From NCBI RefSeq assembly GCF_009914755.1, contig NC_060932.1: DNA of 64,000 nucleotides; one strand, written 5' to 3'. The position numbers were made by a program, and so were the translations under genes. Shown in pieces: positions 54,019 to 64,000 of the stretch (positions are counted from its first letter, which is position 1; each line of letters opens with the position of its first letter). Source of the DNA: the human T2T-CHM13v2.0 reference genome, Homo sapiens. The notes under the pieces were generated by a model. The model was not told where the DNA came from, ran no database searches, and saw only the letters and a program-made list of their open reading frames with translations.

Positions 54019-54420
54019 GTATCCTAATCATTTCCTGCAGCAAAAACAAAATACCTGAGATTGGGTAACTTATAAAGAACATAAACTTTTTATTTCTCAC
54101 AGTTCTGGAGGCTGGAAAGCCCAGGACCTGGGCACTGGCAGATTCCATGTGTGTCTGGGGAGGGCTGCTCTCTGCTTGCAAGTTGGTGTCTTGTTGCTGC
54201 ATCCTCCAGAGGGGAGGAGCACTGTGTCCTCACACAGCAGACGGGACAGGAGGGATGAAGTTGCCCCTTCAAGCCCTTTTATAAGGCACTAATCCATTCA
54301 TAAGGGCCAAGCCCCCATGGCCTACTCACCTCCTAAAGGCCTCACCTTGCAACACTATTGCATTGGGAATTAAGTTTCAACAGGAATTTTGGAGAAGACA
54401 CAAACATTTAAACCATAGCA
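54019..54420 (-). mobile_element. MaLR solo LTR (MLT1A/MST-like)
   Basis: tttatttctcacagttctggaggctgg...aaaccatagca. Confidence 0.8.
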
Positions 54421-54593
54421 GAAGGAAAGGGGCCCCCTCCCGCTCCAGCCCCTTCAGCCTCAACTACTATGGTGGCCCCACATGCCTGTTCCTGTTTCTC
54501 AGTTATGCCAACAAGTGCGCCAGGGTCCCCGTCTCCACACCGGGGCTGGGAGTGTCCAGCCCTCTTTCTCCACCTGGATAGCCCCTGAGTTCT

Positions 54594-55325
<732 letters not shown>

Positions 55326-56280
55326 GTCCTAAAAGCCATAATTTGAGCATCACCCCTAGGCCGGGCTGGGCTGAGTGTCCTTCCCCTGCACCTCTCTGGT
55401 GTCCTGCCTGGTCCTCATCACACCACATTATGAAGCCCACTTGTCTGTGCTCCCCACTTGCCTGTGACTCTGAGAGAAGAAATGGAGGCTTCTCTCAGAT
55501 CCTACTCAGGTGGGTACATTGTGGGCATCAAACATGTTCCAATGAATGAACGCAGACAGTGATGGATCTTGCCAACGGTGGTGCTGGCTCCATTACCCGC
55601 CATCACCACAGGAGTACAGGTGAACACATGGTCAGCAGGCTTGAGTGACCTCTGTCCAGACTCCGGCCTCAAGGACAACTAGGTGAGCTGGCAAATTTAG
55701 TCCATTTGTCTCATGCCAACCTGGTCCCGACAGCTGGAAACTTCAGCAAAGATGGGGGCCCACAGGATGGCTTTTCAGGAGCTCCAAACCATTGTCCTGA
55801 ATGTCATCTTTCAAGTTGTGATCATGAATGGCTGCCAAGATGAAGAGAATTTTTTTTTTCTAGTTGTTTTTCTCCCTGATCTTTCTCAGCACCCCATGGA
55901 CCCATTCTTCTAGATGAGAGCCCTTGAAGGGGAACAATAGCAGAAACTCAAAGCTGTTGCTAAAATGTGCAGCTTGCTTCTGTCCCAACATGCAGAGCAG
56001 TTGCAGGGCCGCCACTCACCCATTACTTTCTCATATTCTCTCTGCTGCAAGTCAAAGGCCCACTCGGGGCTGGCTCACGTCCCTGTTGTGGCTGGACCAG
56101 TCAGGACATTGCTCAGTGCTGGGTTTCTGACTGTAGCATCTGGCCTGTTCAAAGCAAGTTTTGAAATTAAAACCACTATCTTTCTACCCAGCTGTGGTAA
56201 AAATGCTGAAGATTAATTTGGAAGTGTAGGTCACAGCTGTTCTTCAATAACTGGCACATCTGTGTGGACGCTCTTATTTC

Positions 56281-56639
56281 TGTCTTAGTTCTTTCCTGCT
56301 GCTCTAACAACATACCTTAGACTGAGTAATGTATAAATCACAGAAATTTATTGCTCACAGATCTGGGCATTGGGACGTTCAAGATCAAGGAGCTGGCAGG
56401 TTTGGTGTCTGGTGATGGCCCATTTCTAATGATAGTGCCTTCTAGCTGTGTCCTCACATGGTGAAAGGAGCATGCAAGCTTTCTCAAGCCTCTCTTATAC
56501 GGACACTAATGCCATCTACTGGGGCTTTACCCTCATGACTTAATCACATCCTAAAGGCCCTGGCTCTTAACACTATCACATTGGAGATTAGGCTTCAACA
56601 TATGAATTTGGGGAGGACACAAACATTCAAACCATAGCA
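56281..56639 (-). mobile_element. MLT1A0-like solo LTR
   Basis: tgtcttagtt...ggacacaaacattcaaaccatagca. Confidence 0.85.
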
Positions 56640-57909
56640 AACTCCAATTTAATGAACTATAAGATAAAGCTGTTTTCTCCAAGCTGGGCTGCTCACTCAG
56701 CGGTAGAACATCAATGAGCGTTGTATTTGCATTTACCCTTTTGTTCCCAATGTGCTCTGGTGGGTTTGCGCAGCATAACTCCAAGTTGTCTTATCTATGT
56801 CTTTTGGATGTGCTAAGATCCTTCCCAGGGAATGCAAAACACGTGAGCAGGGTGTTGCTGGAAGCGCCAGCACAGGTGGGAAGGATCCAGCCACTTCCCT
56901 TCTCCAGGGGTTCCTTCATGTTTTCAGGGATGTGAGTTCCCCATCCTTAGAGTACAGCCTTTGCTTTCCATCACTGATTGTTACACTAATAATTAACAAT
57001 AATAGCGATCATTTACTGAGCAACTTCACAGCACCCTCCAAATTAGGCCCCCTTGTCCACACTCTATTAGAGAAGAAGCCAAGGGGTTATTTGCCAAACA
57101 CTGACATGGTCAGTAAGTGGTAGATCTAGGAGTCTGGCCCCGGGCGGTTCAATTCTAGGGCCTATTTTGTTGGCTGAGTCACCATCAACTCCTATGGGTC
57201 TTGAGAAATCAGTCAAAAACCAAACTTTGAATTGAATGAGATGTAACCCTGTCCTCTGCACATCCGGCACAAAGCACATGAGCTGATCTTACTGACTGAC
57301 ATAATTGGACTGAATCTTCCTCAATTGTTTTCCCCATTCCTGTCCTCCAATCATTGACGCAGATGGTGGGATGAGGCAAGAAAGCCAACTGAGTGCAAGC
57401 ACAGACTGAAGCAGCACCAAAGAGAAGAAAATAACCTCCTTGTACCCAAGTAAGCCTCCAGCAGATTGGGCCCTGTGGGGATCCTTGCACAGCCTCATTG
57501 TAACAGCTGTGCCCTGGGTTCTTGTCTCTGCACTATCTATAGACTGTGCACAAATGACACTGGTTCCTGCACGCCTCACAGGGAAAGTAACTCAGCTCCT
57601 ACCAGGCAAGCAGAGACGAAAATATGTCATAGGCTTCTATAGAAGTCATTCTTGTGCCAAGGCCAAAGGACAGGATGGATAGGAGACCAGGCTTTGTAGG
57701 AACTCTATATATGGAGAGAGGAAGTGAGAAATGGCCTCAACTGACTCCAGAGACCAGACATGTGAATGTTCTTCATTTTAATTGACTTCTAATTCACACA
57801 CATGGACCCAGGAATGTTTATAAAACCCCACTTCTGACGTGGACTTAAAGCCTCAGTGACCCTGCAGGAGGAGCTGGAGGTGCTAAGGGAGTGTCAACCC
57901 CCCACCCCC

Positions 57910-58385
57910 ACCCCCCCACTGCCTAGAGCCTTCCAGTGGCTCCCATTACCTTTGGGAGGAAGTCCAAGCTCTTTGACCAGTCATGAAGTCTGCACCGTGT
58001 GGCTTCTACACCAGCCCAGGTCACGGCCACACCTGTGCTCCTGGGCTTCTGTAGTTTCTCTAACACGTCTTTCTCTCCTCTCTCCAAAGTAGCCATTCCC
58101 TATACCAAGCACACTCCTTGCCTGCTGACACCTGCTTATCCTTTGCATTTCTCCTCCTGAGGTTGTCTGAGCTCCCCAGAAACCCAGGTCAGTATATTTC
58201 CTAGATTCTCTCCTAGCCCCTCTGCTCCCCTATTGAAGCACTCATCAGGATGGTGGAAACTGCTTGTTACTCAACAGAAAGCTCCCTGGAGGCAGGGTCC
58301 AGATCACTGTACCGTTACTGTCCACAGAGTGGACAGTAGCATGGAGAAAACATTAACTGAAAAATGGATGGAGTAAATGAGCACA
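57910..58385 (+). mobile_element. L2 LINE relic
   Basis: gccttccagtggctcccatt...aagctccctggaggcaggg...aaatggatggagtaaatga. Confidence 0.6.
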
Positions 58386-58839
58386 GGGGTAAAGCTTGAT
58401 TTTTTCCTTCTGCCCCTGAAAGTCCTCTTCCACTCATTGTTTTCTTGTTGACAGGGTCCATCCAAGAAGGGAATGCCAAGGATCCACCCAAGTTCTCTGG
58501 GTTTTGACTGTATCACATCGAAAAATATAATCTGGCTACTATAAAAAAGACTAAAGATAACAATTGTTAGTGAGGGTGTAGAGAAAAGGGTACATTGTTG
58601 GTGGGAATGTAGATTGGTAGAGCAATTATGGAAAATAGTATGGAGGTTTCTAAAGAAATTAAAAATAGAACTACCATATGGCCTAGCAATTCCTCTTCTG
58701 AATACATACCCAATGGAGATGAAATCTACCTTGTAAAGATATCTGCACTACCGTGTTCATTTTAACATTATGTATAGTAGCCAAGACATGGAGTCAACCT
58801 AAATGTCTGTCGATGGATGAATGGATAAAGAAAATGTGG

Positions 58840-59100
58840 GGCTGGGGCCAGTGGCTCATGCCTGTAATTCCAGCACTTTGGAAGGCCAAGGCAGGAGGAC
58901 TGCTTGAGCCCAGGAATTCAAGACCAGGCTGGGCAACATAGTGAGACCTCATCTCTACTAAAAATACCAAAACATCGGCTGAATGTGATGGTGCATGCCA
59001 GCAATCCCAGCAACTCAGGAGAGGCTGCAGTGATTGCACCACTGCACTTCAGCTGGACAACAGAGCAAGACCATGTCTCAAAAAAGAAAAGGAAAAAAAA
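58840..59100 (+). mobile_element. AluJ with a right-arm deletion
   Basis: ttgagcccaggaattcaagacc; right arm jumps from actcagga to gaggctgcagtga. Confidence 0.85.
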
Positions 59101-59104
59101 GTGA

Positions 59105-59224
59105 CATATATATACATATATATGTGTGTGTGTATATATATGTGTGTGTGTGTATATATACATATATATGTGTGTGTATATATATGTGTGTGTATATATA
59201 TATGTGTGTGTATATATATATATG
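59105..59224. repeat. Compound (TA)n(TG)n microsatellite
   Basis: Alternating tatata and gtgtgt blocks. Confidence 0.95.
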
Positions 59225-59915
59225 ATGGAATATCATTCAGCCTTAAAACAAAAAGAGATCTTGTCATTTGCCACAACATAGATGGACCTGGAGGACATTA
59301 TCCTAAGTAAAATAAGCCAAACACAGAAAGAAAAATAGGATCTCACTTGAAAGAGCTCAAAAACACCGAGATAGAGAATTCAACAGTGGTTACCACAGTC
59401 GGTGGAGAAGAAATGGTGGAGATATAGGTCAAAGGATACAAAATAGCAGATGTGTAGGATGAACAAGTCTAGAGATCTAATGTACAACATCCTCATGTTA
59501 ATAAAATTGTAGTGCACTAGGGATGTTTGTTAAATAAATAGATCTAAGCTACTCTTGTCACAAAAGAGTAACTATGTGAGATGACAGATCCCTTCATTTG
59601 CTTCACTATAGAAACCCATATGTCTATATGTATCCCACAACATCAAGTTGTAAACCTCAAATATACACAATATTTACTTTAAAAACAAAACATTGTTAGC
59701 AAATTAAAAAAAAAAAAGAAAATACAATCCATAAATCTGGGCCCAGGCTCCATCCATCAGACACCAAAGGCCACACCTGCCATCATCAATCATGGGGCTA
59801 ATCCTGCTGTCAGCACCAGGAAGTGAGGACAGGGATGCAGGCCCAGCAACTCAGGGACACAAGCTTTGGCAGCTTGCCTTTGGATACTCAAATAGAGTGT
59901 CTAAGAAACAAAGAG

Positions 59916-60233
59916 GGCTGGGCGTGGTGGCTCACGCCTGTAATCACAGCACTTTAGGAGTCCGAGGCCGGAGGATTAGTTGAGCCCGGGAGTTTGAGAC
60001 CAGCCTGCGCAACATAGGGAGACCTCATCTTTACAAAAATAAAAATAAAATAGCTGGGGGTGGCGGTGTGCACCTGTAGTCCCAGCTACTCAGAGGCTAA
60101 GGGGAGAGGATCACTTGAGCCTGGGAGGTCGAAGCTGCAGTGAGCTACGATTGTGACACTACACTCCAGACTGGGCAACAGAGCAAGGCCTCCTCTCAAA
60201 AAAAAAAAAGGAAAAGAAAGAAAAGAAAAGAAA
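59916..60233 (+). mobile_element. AluJ SINE
   Basis: Dimer with gagcccgggagtttgag and gaggtcgaagctgcagtgagc; A/GAAA tail. Confidence 0.92.
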
Positions 60234-60828
60234 CAAAGCGGACTTCTGTATATAGTGGGTGGAGAGATCATAATAAAATGTTACTTTGTCATTTAGACAT
60301 ATATGAATTTTTCACCTGGTTTAAAGATATACTAAATTTTCTTTATGAATAAAAACATGCTGCCAATTAACATTGACCTGCTGAAAAGAAGGAAAGCCAA
60401 CTCTGCTTCTTTTTAATGTCTGAGTAAGGTGGCAAATAGGTCTCTTTATTAGTACGGTTAATGTGATTCGGCCAGAGGCTATTTCAGCATTTTCCTGCCT
60501 TTGGAATTGTCTGATTAGGACTTTGGGGGAATAGCAGCAATGTGCCTGTGAGTCCTAACTGCAGCGTCTGCCCTCATAATAACTACATGGAAGGACTCAC
60601 GCCCTCAACATCCTCCAGAAGACAGCCCAGGGAAGACGCCTTTTAGGCTGTCCACCCATCTCTCAACAGTCTCTCTTCTCTGGAAAGCTAAGTGCCCCAG
60701 ACATGTTCGCACTCTATGACCACCCCTCCTGGTACTGGGCAACTAGATTGGGCTAGAGCTGGAAATTTGGAATCAGGTCTATGAGCATCCAGTCTCAATC
60801 TGGGCTGGTCCTGTGAGCACAGGAGATT

Positions 60829-60829
<1 letters not shown>

Positions 60830-60864
<35 letters not shown>
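60830..60864. repeat. (CA)n microsatellite, ~17 units
   Basis: Perfect AC run. Confidence 0.97.
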
Positions 60865-60869
<5 letters not shown>

Positions 60870-61868
60870 AAGAAGAACAGGGGCTCTGAGGACAGCCAGC
60901 TTCTGCTGAGTGGACCGAGCAGCAGAGAAAGTCCATGTGGAGACATGGAACAGGAGGCAGCTGTGAAGTGAGCAACGAGGAAGGAGAGAGAGGAGGACTT
61001 CCTGGGTTCCCCTACTGCTCCCTCCCTGCCAACGCTTTCCCCTGTAACCCCTGGAGCCCTGTCCATGGCAAACCAATCACTCCACACCCTCAAACTCCAT
61101 AGAGTTCTGCCTCCCCGTGACTGACATCCCTTGAGGTGATTGACAGCGGCTCACAAAGCCACTGACCTTGGTACTGCACCATGTTTATCTCCCAGATCAC
61201 AACTGCACGGAAATGTTGCTTTCCCAGCACCCAGCCCAGGATTTAGTGCAGCAGATGTGCTCAATAAATATTTATTGAGTGAGTATCAAAATAACTTTCC
61301 TTGAAGGCTTCTCGAGTGGAGGTTGTTCATTCACTCCCCTCCCACACGCCATGAAGACAGATGGACATTCTTCCTGCTTCTAGACATCACTCCTCCTCTT
61401 TTATTAAAAAAAAAAAAAAAGTATCAACAAAAAACCAACAACTACTCCTCTCTGAAGTTTCTGACATCACAGTCATCCACCCATCTCAACTTTATTCCCC
61501 AAATCAAGTTATCTCCATCCTGCCAGGCACCTCACAGCCTATGGTTTGATTCCATCCCCAACAATTCCTCCTCAAGGTTTCACAGAACCCATTTCAGAAC
61601 AACACTTGGGAATGGCCTGGTGAGAAACTATGTGCCTAGTCTCAGGGTTACTCTGCGACTGGGACTAAGTATGCCAAAGAGGAGAAGTGAGTCCATTGTG
61701 TGAGTGTGGCTCATGCAAGCAGCTAAAGTGGAAAATCAGCTTTGAAAAAAGGCTCTTTTAATAATAAGTAGAGTTCTTAGTTCTCTATTAAAATTGAACT
61801 GGGTAAACATTACAGCTGTTAGCACTTCTCTAAGACAAGTACTCATTTAGCACCATGGGTAATAACCT

Positions 61869-61871
<3 letters not shown>

Positions 61872-61910
<39 letters not shown>

Positions 61911-62022
61911 CAAGAGTGTTGCTCTGTTGCCAGGTTGGAGTGTAGTGGCATGATCTTGGCTCACCGCAACCTCCCCCTCCCAGGTTCAAGAGATTCTCGT
62001 GCCTCAGCCACTGGAGTAGCTA
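61872..62022 (-). mobile_element. 5'-truncated Alu (right arm only) with a long poly(A)
   Basis: ~36 T followed by agacaagagtgttgctctgttgccagg...gagtagct; TSD-like aataacctgga / aataccctgaa. Confidence 0.85.
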
Positions 62023-62904
62023 AATACCCTGAATTTTTATATTCCATCAAGCACTGAGACAGAACAACAACATCTATTTCTCTCCCTTTTCACACTGTAC
62101 AAAACAAAGATAAGGAAGATGCCTCTGGAATGATGATAGGTATGTTGGTACATTGATCTAGTCTCCTTTTATAAGGCTCTGATTAGTTCTGTGTGGCTCA
62201 ATTAGTGCAATTACATCCAAGGGGAAAAGTCCTACAAAGAAAACTACAATTAAACACAGTACAGCTACCTTTGCCTCTCTTTGAACCCCTTGCATTTTTT
62301 GGTTTCTGCATAACTGAGAGCTGTGCATATGGAGAACTTAGCACAGAGAGCAATGTTGGCAATTGCTAACTAACATTGCTAAGGAGGACTTAGCAGTGTA
62401 AGTGCCAGAGAGCTTCTTCTTGTAGAATCAGAGAGCAGGTCAGCCGTGTGATCCCCTGCCTGCAGCAGAGGCTGTGAAGGAAGAAGCCTCACATGCCCAG
62501 CCTGGCAAGCAGGGTGCAACTGCCCCCTCTCCCAACAAAAGATACCTGGCTATCACCAAATTGCAACATCCCTGGTGCCAACCAACTAGATAATTCAGAC
62601 CTAAGTTATTTCTAGGAAGCTTGAGGTAAATTTATCAGACTGTTGCCAAAGTCTATGCTTTACTTATAGACAGGAACATATGGGCTGATTGAACCATTTC
62701 CAGAAAGACAGTCTGGTCATTGGGAAATCTGACTGATGAGCGCTGGGAGGGAGAAGTGACATCGTTGACAGGAAAAAGGAGAAACTTAAAGGAGCAGCAA
62801 GACTCTCCTCCTCATAGAGAAGAGCAATGGACCAGACAGAGGCATCCCAAGAGTGACTGGAAAGTTTCAGGAATGTCAGTGCCTTTAGAGTCATGGGTTT
62901 GTTT

Positions 62905-63303
62905 GTTTTTTTAATTTTTAATTGCAAATTGTAATTGCAATATATTTATAGCACACAAGGTGACGTTTTGATATATGTATACAATGTGGAATGACTAAAT
63001 CAAGCTAATTAATATCTCCATCACATCACATCCTTATTTTTAATGGTGAGAACATTTGAAATTTACTGTCTTAGCAATTTTGAAATATGCAATACATTAT
63101 TATTAACTTTAGCACCATGCTGTGCAATAGATCTCAAAAACTTATTCCTCCTGTCTACCTAAAACTTTGTACTCTTTGACCATCTCCACATGGATATAGA
63201 TGCAAAAATCCTCAACAAAATACTAGCAAACCAAATTCCACAGCCATTAAAAGAATCATCTACCATGATCAAGTGGAATTTATTCTTGGGATGCAAGGAT
63301 GGT
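62905..63303 (-). mobile_element. L1MA 3' end (minus) joined to an inverted ORF2 piece (63190-63303, plus)
   Basis: ttttgatatatgtatacaatgtgg...aaaactttgtactctttgacca, then atagatgcaaaaatcctcaacaaaatactagcaaacc...gggatgcaaggatggt. Confidence 0.75.
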
Positions 63304-64000
63304 GTTTTAAAGCCCTAGGCCTTGTTGAAGGGTACTTGAATTTGTTTTGATAGAAATGGTATCTTGTTAGTTTTAAATTAAAATAATCCGCACAGTGATA
63401 TTCATCTTATCCTGTTTATAACAGTGAAAAGCTGGCATTCTATGTATGAGAGAACATAATTAAATAAAATAAGGTAACTCCACTCAATGGAATATTATGA
63501 TGTAATCAAGCCAAAGATTTGAAAAAGAACAGTATACAATGGAAAATGCTTAAGATGCAATGCTAAGTCAAAATGTGAAGGGAATCAAAGTGTGCATAAT
63601 GTTTATTATGATTTCACATTTTTTAAATAAAATTTAAGCCAAAAAATACATGGCCTGGCACAGTTCACCAGTGTTTAGGTGGTAGGATTACAGACTTTTT
63701 TCTTCCTTCTGCATACCAGTATGTTTCAAATTTAATGAGCATGCACAGTTTTTAATGGATATATTTTATAAAAAATAATTACTTGAAAATATAAGTAAAC
63801 TATCTCAATAGCCACACCATAAAAATCACAGGGAATCAAAATATGAAGGTAAGGAAACCACTCTATGAAACTAAACTATTCACCTGTTGGAAGGTGAAGG
63901 AAAGCTGAAAAGACTTACAAGTTAGCAGGGCAATTACTCTCTGGAAGAAAAGAAAAACATGAGACGGATGCTTCAGACAGTACCCCTCTTTTGCTTTACC

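Larger units (their letters stand above)
58530..59720 (+). mobile_element. L1MA (L1MA5-like) 3' fragment containing an AluJ and a microsatellite
   Basis: aaattaaaaatagaactaccatatg...ggatgaacaagtctagagatctaatgtacaac; A tail. Confidence 0.85.

Overview
This is primate, almost certainly human or great-ape, genomic DNA. It is dominated by interspersed repeats, and I recognise no host protein-coding exon, RNA gene or CRISPR array. The longer listed ORFs are mostly chance or degraded frames inside Alu, L1, SVA and LTR sequences. Main architecture: (1) a two-LTR MaLR (MST) element at 2177-15243 hosts a full-length L1PA7-like LINE, which itself contains an SVA with an apparent ~245-bp 3' transduction, and also hosts an AluJ interrupted by MER52; (2) a triple-LTR MER11/HERV-K11 (HML-8) array, LTR-env tail-LTR-env tail-LTR, with a 987-bp period at 22855-25787; (3) a near full-length old L1MA at ~34255-42745 with LTR2, Alu, FLAM and MER107 insertions; (4) many solo LTRs, Alus, MIR/L2/L3 relics and microsatellites. 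I found no evidence of a new multi-gene biological system. The most interesting signals are structural: the SVA transduction, the HML-8 mini-provirus tandem, several locally templated insertions, and a captured foreign fragment. Repeat family names come from recalled consensus sequences rather than a database search, and subfamily calls and old-repeat boundaries are approximate.
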